Source of the DNA: an uncultured Lachnospiraceae bacterium
GTDB lineage: Bacteria > Bacillota > Clostridia > Lachnospirales > Lachnospiraceae
Direction of reading: 5' to 3'
NCBI GenBank assembly: GCA_946541955.1
Contig: CAMNJZ010000001.1
Coordinates: forward strand, 1,997 to 65,996
DNA: 64,000 nt
Part shown: positions 25,610-35,822 of the stretch, in pieces
How the letters are laid out: each line of letters begins with the position of its first letter
Position numbering within the stretch: the stretch's first letter is position 1
The notes under the pieces: generated by a model
What the model saw: the letters and a program-made list of their open reading frames with translations, nothing else
The model's database searches: none
What the model was told of the DNA's origin: nothing
Translations under genes and position numbers: made by a program

Positions 25610-26698
25610 ATGGCAAAAAGCATACTGTCTCCTGAATCCTATTCGGATGAACAGGATATTAAAAATATAAAAAAAATGAGGGAGGTCCTTTCCGGACTCC
25701 CTTCCTTCTGCAGGCAGTATTTTCGTGGGATCGAGGATTCCACGGCTCCCAGGACCCGGCTTGGCTATGCCTACGACCTGCGGATCTTCTTTACCTTTCT
25801 GCAGGAAAACAATTCGGCTCTTGCGGCCCGTCCCATGCAGAAATGGCCCCTGGACATGCTGGACCAGCTGACCAGGGAGGACATAGAGGAATACATGGAG
25901 TACCTCTCCTACTATGAGAAGGACGGCTCAGTCTATACCAATGACGAAAAGGGCAAATCCAGAAAGCTCTCCGCCCTCCGCTCCATGTTCCAGTACTTCT
26001 ATACCAGCGGCCTGATCGAGAAGGATATCACCCGCCTGGTGACCATGCCCAAAAAACATGAAAAGCCCATTATCCGGCTGACCTCGGAAGAGGTGTCCGA
26101 CCTCATCGAGCTGGTGGAGGACGGATCGGACCTGACAAGGCAGGAGCTCCGCTACCATGACAAGACCAAGGTCCGGGATGAAGCCCTGCTCATCCTCTTT
26201 CTGGGCACGGGCATCCGTGTGTCCGAGCTGGTAGGCCTGGACCTGCAGGATATCAACTTTAAAGAGAACGCCCTCCGGGTCCACAGAAAGGGCGATTACG
26301 ACGCCATCGTCTATTTCGGAGATGAAGTGGCCGCGGCCCTGAAGGCCTATCTGCAGGAGCGGAAGCTGATCATTCCAAAAAGCGGCAGTGAAAACGCCTT
26401 TTTCCTGTCCATGCAAAAGAGCCGGATCACGGTCAGAGCTGTGGAAAAGCTGGTCAAAAAGTATGCCTCCCGGGTGACCAGTCTCAAGAAGATCACTCCA
26501 CACAAGCTCCGCAGCACCTACGGCACCAATCTTTATAAGGCCTCCGGCGATATTTATCTGGTCGCTGATGTTCTGGGCCATAAGGATGTCAATACCACAA
26601 GAAAGCACTATGCAGCCATGGATGAGGACCGCAGAAGGAGCGCCGTGAACCTGGTCAGGCTGCATTCCGCCTCCGATGAAAAGGAAGACGCTGATTAA
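25610..26698 (+). CDS. Xer-type tyrosine recombinase
   Basis: GTGIRVSEL (R), RKG (K), TPHKLRST (HxxR), LGH, TTRKHY (Y); start taken at ATG 25610. Confidence 0.93.
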   Translation: MAKSILSPESYSDEQDIKNIKKMREVLSGLPSFCRQYFRGIEDSTAPRTRLGYAYDLRIFFTFLQENNSALAARPMQKWPLDMLDQLTREDIEEYMEYLSYYEKDGSVYTNDEKGKSRKLSALRSMFQYFYTSGLIEKDITRLVTMPKKHEKPIIRLTSEEVSDLIELVEDGSDLTRQELRYHDKTKVRDEALLILFLGTGIRVSELVGLDLQDINFKENALRVHRKGDYDAIVYFGDEVAAALKAYLQERKLIIPKSGSENAFFLSMQKSRITVRAVEKLVKKYASRVTSLKKITPHKLRSTYGTNLYKASGDIYLVADVLGHKDVNTTRKHYAAMDEDRRRSAVNLVRLHSASDEKEDAD

Positions 26699-26721
26699 TA
26701 ATTTTTGGAGATACTTTATAA

Positions 26722-27561
26722 ATGCTGTTTTTGTTTCTGTCTGTACTGTCCTCTTCTCTGATTTCCTTATTTATGCGCCTTGGCGAGAAAAAAAGGCATT
26801 CCACCATGGGGATGTTCGTCATCAACTACCTGGTCTGCAGCCTGCTCTCCTGTCTCTTTGCCGGCAGGATCGCAGTCTATACCCCCCATCCCGGCATGGG
26901 CCTGGCCATGGGGCTTGGCACAGCGGCCGGGATCCTCTTTCTGCTTTGTTTTGTCCTGCTCCAGCTCAATATTGAAAAAAACGGCATGGCCATGGCCTCC
27001 ACCTTTATGAAGCTGGGCGTAGTGGTCTCGACCCTGATCGCGGTCTTCGTATTTCACGAAAGGCCCCGCCCGGTCCAGATCCTGGGAATCCTTCTGGCCG
27101 CTGTTTCCATCCTGATGATCCATACAGACCAGGCCGATTCCGCAAAGGCCGGCTGGAAATGGCTCCTTCCCGTCCTTTTGATCTGCGGCGGCGTGACCGA
27201 TTCCATGGCCAACGTCTTCGACAAGATCGGGGATCCGGCTGTCAGGGATTACTATCTTTTCTATACCTTTGGAGCGGCCCTGGTCTGCGCCCTGGCTCTG
27301 ATGCTCTGGAAGCGCGAAAGGATCGGGATCCCGGAACTTTGCAGCGGGATCCTGGTGGGGATTCCCAACTATTTCTCCACCCGCTTCCTTCTGCTTGCCC
27401 TCTCTTCTCTGCCGGCAGTCATCGTCTATCCTGCCGTCAGCGTGGGCACCATCGTACTGGTCTCTTTATTCGGTCTTGTCTTCTTTAAGGAGTCTCTGAG
27501 CCGCAGGAAGCTTGTGGCCATGGGCATCATTCTTCTGGCCCTGGTCCTTCTGAACATCTGA
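26722..27561 (+). CDS. DMT/EamA family transporter
   Basis: About 10 TM segments with two EamA halves (FVFHERP, FFKESLS). Confidence 0.85.
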   Translation: MLFLFLSVLSSSLISLFMRLGEKKRHSTMGMFVINYLVCSLLSCLFAGRIAVYTPHPGMGLAMGLGTAAGILFLLCFVLLQLNIEKNGMAMASTFMKLGVVVSTLIAVFVFHERPRPVQILGILLAAVSILMIHTDQADSAKAGWKWLLPVLLICGGVTDSMANVFDKIGDPAVRDYYLFYTFGAALVCALALMLWKRERIGIPELCSGILVGIPNYFSTRFLLLALSSLPAVIVYPAVSVGTIVLVSLFGLVFFKESLSRRKLVAMGIILLALVLLNI

Positions 27562-27775
27562 GGGTACTCGGCTTTCTCTTTTTCATTTGTGTATCAGCAG
27601 AGAGAGAGAAAGTTTCTTTTTGAACATCCATTCCAACGCAGACTGTGCTATACTTCATTTGATGACCTCCATTTGTATGCGGTAATCCCTGTTACCATTT
27701 GTCTTTGCCGACTTGTAGTATACAGGTAAATCCACGTGGCTACAAATCGGAGGTCATTACATATTGTCTAAGGGA
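27560..27775 (-). mobile_element. degenerate IS110-family remnant (5' non-coding end + first about 35 codons of the transposase)
   Basis: Minus strand GGAGG RBS, ATG at 27658, MKYSTVCVGMDVQKETFSL (GxDxxK-like first DEDD motif); a frameshift in a CT run, then a stop and YTNEKEKAEYPQ. Long upstream hairpin. Left boundary approximate. Confidence 0.72.
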
Positions 27776-27790
27776 GCGGCCGCCATTTTC

Positions 27791-28588
27791 TCAGATCGCT
27801 GCCACTTCCGAAAAATACCGAAGGGCCGCCGGATCCTCCCTGGCGTACAGGTCAAGATCCAGAACGCAAAGGGCAAGGCCCGGGTCCTCTCCGGGAGGCA
27901 GCAGATGGCTTTTTTGCTGCAGTCTTGGAAGGATGGCGCAGCCGCAGTCTATATTGGTAATGCGGCAGGCCCTGTCCCGGAAGGCACTGGGCATCCGGGG
28001 ACATACGCCCTCCGGCCATTTGTAATCGGGGATCAGGATGGTCGGCACATGTCCTATGATGTGCTCTCTGCCGTCCAGGGCGTAGGCCTCCGGATCGATA
28101 TACTCCCAGGTCCGCCAGGGAGAATACCAGACCACGTCCGCTGCATCCTCCTCTGCGCTCTTCCACTTTACGCTTCCAATTCCCTGCAGGAAGGCGGAAT
28201 GGGACAGCAGGAAGGTCTTTCCACCGGCCTCCAACTCGACCTGCAGGTAAAGGTCCTCCAGATAGGTCCGTATCTCCTTCTTTTCTTTTTCCTCCAGCAA
28301 TTCATAGCCCTCCAGCGTAAGACGGCCTCCATTGCCGGGATGGGTCCAGGGACGGCCGTCGGGATGCCCCTTCAGATACTGGATCATCATATATTCATGA
28401 TTTCCCAAAAGCAGGGTGATATTCTCCCTTTTCATCAGATCTCTGAGCAGGCCTATGCTGTCCGGCCCCCTGTCGATGGCATCTCCGATGATATACATAT
28501 GGTCTTTTTCAGAAAAGCCGATTCCCTCCAGTGCCTGCAGGAACAGACTGTACTGACCATGGATATCGCTGCATACATAACGTGACAT
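27791..28588 (-). CDS. metallophosphoesterase (PPP/calcineurin-like)
   Basis: SDIHG, GDAIDRG, LGNHE, IIGH, IDCG. Confidence 0.92.
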   Translation of the reverse strand: MSRYVCSDIHGQYSLFLQALEGIGFSEKDHMYIIGDAIDRGPDSIGLLRDLMKRENITLLLGNHEYMMIQYLKGHPDGRPWTHPGNGGRLTLEGYELLEEKEKKEIRTYLEDLYLQVELEAGGKTFLLSHSAFLQGIGSVKWKSAEEDAADVVWYSPWRTWEYIDPEAYALDGREHIIGHVPTILIPDYKWPEGVCPRMPSAFRDRACRITNIDCGCAILPRLQQKSHLLPPGEDPGLALCVLDLDLYAREDPAALRYFSEVAAI

Positions 28589-28757
28589 TTCTTTTTCCTC
28601 CTATCCGAATCTGTTTTTTTGCTTCTGAAAACCATTTTAGACAGGATGTGTTTATATCTCTCCTACCGACAGTAGTATTTTTACTGGCAATGGAAATTTA
28701 AGCCGGTCCCGGAGTCCTCCTTCAAGGCCCCGGGACCGGCTTTCCAGTATTTTGTCT

Positions 28758-29219
28758 TTATGAGAGAGGCCGTCTGGTTCTGCCCGCTTTGTCTGCCTTT
28801 TCTTTTGCCTTGACCTCTTTCCAGAGAGTATGGATCTCTTCCCTGGACTGGACCTCGATTTCTCCAAACACATGGGGGTGCCTGCGGATCATCTTATCGG
28901 AGATCCCCTGGATCACGTCCTCCAGGTCAAAGAGTCCCTTTTCTTCCGCCAGGCGGGATAGAAAAACGATCTGGAAAAGCAAATCTCCCAGTTCCTCGCA
29001 AAGATTATCGGCATCGTCCCGGTCTATGGCCTCCAGGACCTCCATGGCTTCGTCCCGGACCGTTGTCTTCAGGCTCTCCATGTCCTGTTCCCTGTCCCAG
29101 GGACAGTGGGTCCGCAGGATCTTTACAATTCTTCGAAGATCCTCCAGGTCATGCCTGTCCTTTTCCAGGAACGTTTTATCGCCCTGATACCTGCAGGATG
29201 CAAATTCACTCTTTTCCAT
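28758..29219 (-). CDS. mazG: single-domain MazG nucleotide pyrophosphohydrolase
   Basis: CPWDREQ, EELGDLLFQ, KMIRRHPHVF. Confidence 0.93.
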   Translation of the reverse strand: MEKSEFASCRYQGDKTFLEKDRHDLEDLRRIVKILRTHCPWDREQDMESLKTTVRDEAMEVLEAIDRDDADNLCEELGDLLFQIVFLSRLAEEKGLFDLEDVIQGISDKMIRRHPHVFGEIEVQSREEIHTLWKEVKAKEKADKAGRTRRPLS

Positions 29220-29912
29220 TTAGCTCTCCTCCCTGCCCTCTCTTACCATTTTTTCCAGCTCCTCCTCCAGATTCCGGAAGAAGGAAGCGATATGGATTCC
29301 GTCTGCCAGCGCATGATTGACGGTAAGGCATACGGGGATGGAGACACTTTGCCTCCATATCAGCTTCCCATCCTCCAGGGCCGGCTGTTCCTTTGTTACA
29401 TATTTTCCCCATCCGATGTTTGGAATGGTAAAGGTCCTGTCAGGGACCGGCATGGTCACAGAAGAAAAATGCAGCCAGGGAAGGCTGGTGGTGAAAAGAA
29501 GGCTCTCCAGCTCCGTCTCCTCATCTTCCTCCAGGGACGTGGCCATGGCCGCTTCCCTCTGCCTCTGGATTCCTTCCGCAAGATAAGCTTCCAGGGGCTG
29601 ATCCGCATGCACCAGGCAGTAACGGTAGGTCCCATCCGGGGCAGGCACCGTGAAGGAAGGATTGCAGAAATCATATTCTGCAATCCTGCCGCCTTCATAG
29701 CGCTGGCGGAGCTCCGGGACCCTGTTGGCCGCCTGTACGACGGCATACTGAAAGGTCAGAAAGAAGGGATATCCCTTTTCCTTCAGCCAGACGATCCAGT
29801 TTGAGATGTCCAGCTCCGCTGTAACATTGGCAAAGGGATTCTCCATGGTCATAAAGTATTCAAAGTGGTCTTTTCTGGGATATTCTGTTAAGTCGATGTA
29901 TTTTTTGTGCAT
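29220..29912 (-). CDS. CatA-like O-acetyltransferase
   Basis: YPRKDHFEYF, ANRVPELR, TSLPWLHFS, GKY, NHALADGIH. Confidence 0.88.
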   Translation of the reverse strand: MHKKYIDLTEYPRKDHFEYFMTMENPFANVTAELDISNWIVWLKEKGYPFFLTFQYAVVQAANRVPELRQRYEGGRIAEYDFCNPSFTVPAPDGTYRYCLVHADQPLEAYLAEGIQRQREAAMATSLEEDEETELESLLFTTSLPWLHFSSVTMPVPDRTFTIPNIGWGKYVTKEQPALEDGKLIWRQSVSIPVCLTVNHALADGIHIASFFRNLEEELEKMVREGREES

Positions 29913-30022
29913 ACCTGGTCCAATCCAAAAGCTGTTTTTCCTTCCAGACTTTATCATACCACAAAACGGATATTTTCCAATCAGAAGGGCAAAGCGGCGG
30001 CCTGCGTCCCCCTTCCATGCAG

Positions 30023-30061
30023 AAAGCTCTCTGTATCCCCGAGGGGAGTACAGAGAGCTTT
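30023..30061. terminator. intrinsic terminator after the GPH transporter
   Basis: AAAGCTCTCTGTA...TACAGAGAGCTTT. Confidence 0.7.
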
Positions 30062-30093
30062 CCGGGTTCAGGGCCCTTTAGGAGCAGGAAGAA

Positions 30094-31467
30094 TCAGGCT
30101 GCCTTTTTGCGCAGATCCTCATTGGCTTTTTCAACATTGAGCCTGGTCAGGATCAGAGTGATCAGAAGATTGAAGCACATGGGCATCCACAAATACATGA
30201 TGTGGAGCATATTCAGACAGGACGCGGTCTGTTCCGCTGCCCCGCCCACATAGCCGCTGAAGGCCAGGAGCCAGCCCGCCAGGGCCGTACCGATGCCGCC
30301 GCCCAGCTTGGTGCCCAGAGAGGTGCAGGAATACATGGTGCCGTCCACCCGCTTGCCGCTGGTCAGATAGGTATATTCGGAGCAGGTGGCGATCAGGGCG
30401 TTCATATCGCCCTGCAGGGGGCTCATGCCGATGGCGGCCAGGGCCGTGCATGCCAGCATCAGAGGGACAGATCCCATATAGCCGGCGATCAGAACCCCCA
30501 GGCGTCCCAGGGTTCCCAGGCAGTAGCCCGTCAGATTCAGCTTATACATACCGCCCCACCTGGCCACCAGGGTAGGGGTAAAGAGGAGTCCCACGATCAT
30601 GGGAATGTTGATGGCCCAGGAAAAGACGCCCAGGAGGTTGGCGTTTTTCAGGACATAGGTCATGTAGTAGATGCCCATGTTGAGGGTGGCGGAATAGATC
30701 TGCATCAGGATATAGGAAGCGCAGATCATCAGGTAATACTTGTTTTTGATCAGAAGGCCGAAGGCATCCAGGAGCGAATACTTCTCATCCTTTGCCTCTT
30801 CATGCTTTACCTCCTCTCCTTCCGCCAGTTCCTCTTCAGAAAGCTCTCTGACGGAGAAAACGGACAGGGTATTGGAGATCAGACCCACAATGGCGTAGAT
30901 GATGGCCACCGTCCGCCAGGCTGCGGCTCCCCCGCCGAAATAGGCCACCATACCGACGGTGATGGTCTGGATCAGCATACTGGTTCCAAAGGCGAACATG
31001 AAGCGGATGGAGCCCATCTCTACTCTTTCATGATTGTTTTTGGTGACCAGGGCCGTCAGGGCGGAGTAGGCGATGTTGTTGGCTGTATAAAAGCCGGCGT
31101 TCAAAAGAGTATAGGCGATGAAGAACCAGGCGTACTGGGCCGTGGGACTGATCCCTGCGGGAATGCAGAAGATGGCCACCAGGCAGAGGGCGCATCCAAA
31201 AAATCCGTAGAACATCCAGGGCCTGGCTTTGCCCATCTTTGTATGGGTCTTGTCGATCAGGGACCCGAAGAAAATATCGGAGACGCCGTCGAAGAGCTTG
31301 GAAACGGCAATCAGGGTTCCCACAATGCCTGCGTTCATGCCCACTGTATCTGTCAGGAAGATCATGACAAAGGCAGAAAGAAGGGCGTAGACCACGTTGC
31401 CGGCAATGTCTCCGGACCCGTATCCCACCTTGTTGTACCACTTCAAATATGTCTTTTCTTTATTCAT
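30094..31467 (-). CDS. GPH-family (galactoside-pentoside-hexuronide) MFS sugar:cation symporter
   Basis: KVGYGSGD, DKTHTKMGKARPW, NIAYSAL; about 12 TM segments. Confidence 0.92.
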   Translation of the reverse strand: MNKEKTYLKWYNKVGYGSGDIAGNVVYALLSAFVMIFLTDTVGMNAGIVGTLIAVSKLFDGVSDIFFGSLIDKTHTKMGKARPWMFYGFFGCALCLVAIFCIPAGISPTAQYAWFFIAYTLLNAGFYTANNIAYSALTALVTKNNHERVEMGSIRFMFAFGTSMLIQTITVGMVAYFGGGAAAWRTVAIIYAIVGLISNTLSVFSVRELSEEELAEGEEVKHEEAKDEKYSLLDAFGLLIKNKYYLMICASYILMQIYSATLNMGIYYMTYVLKNANLLGVFSWAINIPMIVGLLFTPTLVARWGGMYKLNLTGYCLGTLGRLGVLIAGYMGSVPLMLACTALAAIGMSPLQGDMNALIATCSEYTYLTSGKRVDGTMYSCTSLGTKLGGGIGTALAGWLLAFSGYVGGAAEQTASCLNMLHIMYLWMPMCFNLLITLILTRLNVEKANEDLRKKAA

Positions 31468-31500
31468 AGTAATTCCCTCATGTTTAAACGCAGTTTACTG

Positions 31501-34500
31501 TCAAAAGGCTTCCGGCTTCAGCAGGAAGGAGAAATGATAGGAATCGTCACAGACCCGGTACTTTTTAGAAAGGTCCGGACCGCAGCTCTTGGAGCCGATC
31601 CCCGCCATTTTGTGATCCAGGCAGAGGACCGTGGACCCGCAGGGCTCCAGCTCGTAGTTGTGCTTCTTTTTCTCCAGCTCCTCCTGGGTATAGACGGATG
31701 CGTTGAAGGAGAAAGTCTTGGCCGGATCTCCGGATACGGCGGTCAGGCCCGCAGCAGTTCCCTTCAAAGTCACATAGTCGCAGTCATAGTGGGATCCGTT
31801 TTCCTGAGGCCTTATATAATCCTCGTGCAGATCCCCCACCGGGGCTTTGAAGACGCCGTGATGGGCGGCCCGGTGCTTGTCGATATAGGTCTCACAGGGA
31901 CCCATGCCGTACCAGGTCACCTGCTTCATGCTGCCGGGCAGGAAAAGGCGGAGGCCGATCCTTGGCAGGGTTTCGATCTCGGGGTCCTTTTCTGCCTGCA
32001 GATCCAGGCGGATCCTGCCGTCCGGATAAACGGTGATCAGGGTGTTCAGCTGCAGGATGGGCTGGACGGACATGGCTCCCACAGACTGGCGGATCATGAT
32101 TTCAGCCCTGCCGCCGCTCTGCTTCCAGATCAGCTTATAGGCCCTGGTCACCGTGTGGTCCAGGCGCTCCCATCTCCACAGATCTGCCGGGGCCGCATCG
32201 TTGTCCGTCGGCGCCCTCCAGAGGTTGAATTCCACCGGTCTTTCCAGGAGCTCCGTATCACCTGCCTTCAAAGAATCAGGCAGGCCGGTCCGGGTATCCA
32301 GGCTGTAGGTGAAGCTTTCACCTTCCAGAATCAGGCGCGTTCCCTCCTCCCTGACCTTCAGGGTTCCTTCTTTCCCGCCCTCTTCCAGGAGGGAAGCTGC
32401 CTTTCTGGTCTGGTTCAGCCTTGTGGGAATCGCGATCTCATCGGTTCCAAGCACATGGCCGGCAGGCAGAACCAGGGACTCCTCCTTCAGGGCCGCGGTC
32501 ACCTGCAGGTAGCACCTGCCCTGGTCTGGAACATAAAAAGCCAGGGGGATCCGGACTGCCTGATGGGGAGGGACAGAGGGAAGAGGCAGCGGGCCTCCTG
32601 CGATCTGACTTCCATCCAGGGTCAGGACCCAGGAGGCGCTGATGCCATCGGAAAGGTCCTGGAAATCCAGATGGTTCTCTATGGTCAGGATCTGCTTTTC
32701 CAGGTCATAGGAGACCCGGAGGGGTCTGTGGACGTTTTTATATTCCAGAAGTCCCGTATGGGGTCTCCGGTCCGGATAGACCAGGCCGTCCAGGCAGAAA
32801 TTCCCGTCATGCTGGATTTCTCCATGGTCGCCGCCATACCAGTAGATATCCCGGCCCTCGCCGGTCTTTCCCTTATAGACCGCATGGTCGCACCACTCCC
32901 AGACAAAGCCCCCGCAGAGGGCTGGATAGCGCTCCGTCAGATCCCGGTATTCCTTCAGATCTCCGGGACTGTTGCCCATGGCGTGGCAGTATTCCACCAG
33001 AAGGAGGGGCTTGTCAGGGCCCTGGTCCAGATAGTCCGTCACCTCAGAAAAGGCAGGATACATACGGCCGAAGAGGTCGATGTCCGAAACGTCGAATTCC
33101 CGTGCATCGCTGAGATAATAGGCGCTTTCATAATGGGTCAGTCTTGTGGGATCATTTTCTTTGGTCCAGCGCAGGGCTCTTTCAAAGGTGACCCCATAGC
33201 CGCACTCATTTCCCATGGACCAGACCAGGATGCTGGGCCGGTTCCTGTTCCTTATGACCATGGATCTTACCCTGTCCAGGGTAGGTTCTATAAAGTCCGG
33301 ATTGTCTGCGATCCTGACATGAGCAAGACGCATTCTTTGTGCATAATCCTCCTCCCGGAAATATAAGGGCGCCGTTCCATGGCTCTCATTGTCGGCTTCA
33401 TCGATCACATAGAGTCCGATCTGGTCACAGAGCTGGTAGAACCAGGGAACATTGGGATAATGACTGGTCCTGACCGCATTGAAATTGGCTCCCTTGATCA
33501 TGCGGAGGTCCAGAAGGGCCTGATCCATGGTGCAGACAGAGCCTGTGACCGGATCCGATTCATGACGGTTTACGCCCCGGAAGGTAATGGGGGCGCCGTT
33601 CAGAGTCAGGACACAGTCTTTGACCTCCACCCTCCTAAAGCCCACTTTTTCGGTGATGACCTCCCGTCCCGTATCCATCACCAGGGTATAGAGGACCGGA
33701 ACCTCCGCATTCCAGAGCAGGGGCCTGTCCACCGGGATATGGATGACCGGATCCGTCCCCTTCCCAAAGGAGATCTTCTGGTCAAACAGAAGGGTCTTTC
33801 CATCCGGTCCCAGAAGGGTCAGGGTCAAAGGCAGAGGCTTTCTGGAGAAGCTCAGGGAAATTTCCAGGTCCCCCATCCGGAAATCCTCTGACAGATTTGT
33901 CCGGATTCTATAGTCGACGATCCTGTCGGCAGGCCTTTTCAGGAGATAGACGTCCCGGAAGATCCCCGAAAAACGGAATTTGTCCTGATCCTCCAGATAG
34001 GAGCCGTCACACCACTTGAGGACCAGAACGGCCAGGAGGTTCTCTCCCTCCTGCAAAAGCTCGGTGACATCGAATTCCGCAGTATGATGGGAAATCTGGC
34101 TGTAGCCGACATAGGTCCCGTTGAGCCATACATAGAAGCAGGAATCGACTCCTTCGAAATTCAGAAAAGCACAGGGCGCCTCCGGGTCCTTTCTATAGTG
34201 AAAGCGGTGCAGATATGCGCCGCAGGGATTGTCCTGGGGAACATAAGGCGGATCAAAGGGGAAAGGATAGCGGATGTTCGTGTACTGGGGACTGTCATAG
34301 CCCCGCAGCTGCCAGCAAAAGGGTACGGTCTCCTTTTTCCAGTCTCTTCCCTTTTCGTAATCCGGCAGATAGAAAGAATCCTGCAGGCAGTGGATACTGG
34401 GATAAAAGGCGAAATGCCATTTGCATCCGCTGAGCATCTGCAGCCGGTCGGAGCTTTCCCGGTTCCAGACCGTCATATCGTTCCGGGCGGAGCAGGGTAT

Positions 34501-34572
34501 GTAATAAGCCCTGTCCGGCAGGGTATTCTGGTGAAGGATCCGAAGGTCTTCATATAGTCTTGGTACGATCAA
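31501..34572 (-). CDS. lacZ: GH2 beta-galactosidase
   Basis: FEGVDS, YLEDQD, GVNRHE, RTSHYP, WSMGNE, EYCHAMGNS, YIRPQENG. Confidence 0.93.
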   Translation of the reverse strand: MIVPRLYEDLRILHQNTLPDRAYYIPCSARNDMTVWNRESSDRLQMLSGCKWHFAFYPSIHCLQDSFYLPDYEKGRDWKKETVPFCWQLRGYDSPQYTNIRYPFPFDPPYVPQDNPCGAYLHRFHYRKDPEAPCAFLNFEGVDSCFYVWLNGTYVGYSQISHHTAEFDVTELLQEGENLLAVLVLKWCDGSYLEDQDKFRFSGIFRDVYLLKRPADRIVDYRIRTNLSEDFRMGDLEISLSFSRKPLPLTLTLLGPDGKTLLFDQKISFGKGTDPVIHIPVDRPLLWNAEVPVLYTLVMDTGREVITEKVGFRRVEVKDCVLTLNGAPITFRGVNRHESDPVTGSVCTMDQALLDLRMIKGANFNAVRTSHYPNVPWFYQLCDQIGLYVIDEADNESHGTAPLYFREEDYAQRMRLAHVRIADNPDFIEPTLDRVRSMVIRNRNRPSILVWSMGNECGYGVTFERALRWTKENDPTRLTHYESAYYLSDAREFDVSDIDLFGRMYPAFSEVTDYLDQGPDKPLLLVEYCHAMGNSPGDLKEYRDLTERYPALCGGFVWEWCDHAVYKGKTGEGRDIYWYGGDHGEIQHDGNFCLDGLVYPDRRPHTGLLEYKNVHRPLRVSYDLEKQILTIENHLDFQDLSDGISASWVLTLDGSQIAGGPLPLPSVPPHQAVRIPLAFYVPDQGRCYLQVTAALKEESLVLPAGHVLGTDEIAIPTRLNQTRKAASLLEEGGKEGTLKVREEGTRLILEGESFTYSLDTRTGLPDSLKAGDTELLERPVEFNLWRAPTDNDAAPADLWRWERLDHTVTRAYKLIWKQSGGRAEIMIRQSVGAMSVQPILQLNTLITVYPDGRIRLDLQAEKDPEIETLPRIGLRLFLPGSMKQVTWYGMGPCETYIDKHRAAHHGVFKAPVGDLHEDYIRPQENGSHYDCDYVTLKGTAAGLTAVSGDPAKTFSFNASVYTQEELEKKKHNYELEPCGSTVLCLDHKMAGIGSKSCGPDLSKKYRVCDDSYHFSFLLKPEAF

Positions 34573-34784
34573 ACTGGTAACCTCCTTTCATTTTTCCATG
34601 CTTTTTTCAGCTTCCCTGATTCAAGCATAGCGAAAAAGGGATATGAACCATATGGACTATCCGGTACAAAACCTGCACAGTTTCATCTGTTTGCGAAAGT
34701 GTATGGCAAACAATGGCAGGAATTATATACAATCAGATATATAGACAAAAACAGACAAAATGATGGGAAGAAAGGAAAGATGAT

Positions 34785-35717
34785 ATGACAAAAAATACAA
34801 GACAGGCAGGCATCCCCGGTAAGGACATGTATGTCAACGCCGGGTATCTGTTCAATTCCAGAGTTCCCTTCCGGGAAAAGAAAAAGCCCCTGCGCATTTT
34901 AAGCGCAGGGACCTATCGGCTCTATACCTGGCCCAAGCTCCCCACCTTAAGACCCAGAGGCAGGGTGGACTGGCAGATCATTTATATTGCGGCCGGCAAG
35001 GGCCATTTCATCCTGGACGACCGGGAGGTCATTGTACCGGCCGGCAACATGGTCCTCTATCAGCCCAAACAGGTGCAGAATTATTTTTACTACGGAGAGG
35101 ACAAGACCCAGATCTGGTTTGTCCACTTTACAGGCCTGGAGGTCCGCAATATTCTCAGGCAGTATGAGATCCCCACAGACCGCTACATCCTGCAGACCGG
35201 TCTTTCCAGAGACTATGAGAATCTCTTCCGGAGGATGCGGAACGAGCTGGTCTCCTGTTCCTGGGGCTATGAAGAAATGCTGACCTTCCTGTTCCGGGAG
35301 CTTCTTGTTACAATGCACAGACGCATGACCGAAAAAGCGCCCAAGGTCTCCGGCTTCGTTCAGGACGAAATGGACCGGGCCAGGACCTATTTTGAAGAGC
35401 ACTATGCGGAGGACATCCATATCGAACAGTATGCGGCTTCCCGCAACATGTCCTCCAGCTGGTTCAACAAGAGCTTCCGCAAGGCCATGGGCACCTCGCC
35501 CATGAAATTTATCCTGGAGATCCGGATCCGCAACGCCCAGGTCCTTCTGGAAACGACAGATTATTCCATCAGCGACATCGCTGCCCTGGTGGGCTATGAC
35601 AATCCTCTATATTTCAGCCGCCTTTTCAGCAAGGCAAAGGGACTGTCCCCTTCCGGTTACCGCAAGGCCTTCCGGGACCAGTTTATGTCTGAGATTCCTT
35701 CCGACGACTTACCGTGA
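34785..35717 (+). CDS. AraC family transcriptional regulator, divergent from lacZ
   Basis: Cupin N-domain and C-terminal IAALVGYDNPLYFSRLFSKAKGLSPSGYR. Confidence 0.93.
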   Translation: MTKNTRQAGIPGKDMYVNAGYLFNSRVPFREKKKPLRILSAGTYRLYTWPKLPTLRPRGRVDWQIIYIAAGKGHFILDDREVIVPAGNMVLYQPKQVQNYFYYGEDKTQIWFVHFTGLEVRNILRQYEIPTDRYILQTGLSRDYENLFRRMRNELVSCSWGYEEMLTFLFRELLVTMHRRMTEKAPKVSGFVQDEMDRARTYFEEHYAEDIHIEQYAASRNMSSSWFNKSFRKAMGTSPMKFILEIRIRNAQVLLETTDYSISDIAALVGYDNPLYFSRLFSKAKGLSPSGYRKAFRDQFMSEIPSDDLP

Positions 35718-35822
35718 CGGCCACGATCCCGGCCGCTGCGGCGCACAGGATAAGGACCAGGGGCAGGGGGAAGGCCATGGCGGAGGCCTTCTCCTCCGGC
35801 ATGGCGGGATGGGACTGAAGCG

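Noticed and set aside
25610-26698. Tyrosine recombinase as a prophage or ICE integrase
   Set aside because: No adjacent tRNA, excisionase, phage or conjugation genes; it resembles a housekeeping Xer-type recombinase.
30202-33366. Very long + strand ORFs (1054 aa here; also 10239-12380, 12266-14038, 52197-54614, 54430-56727, 57939-60755)
   Set aside because: They are antisense shadows of clear minus-strand genes, expected with GC-rich third positions; no RBS or recognisable motifs.
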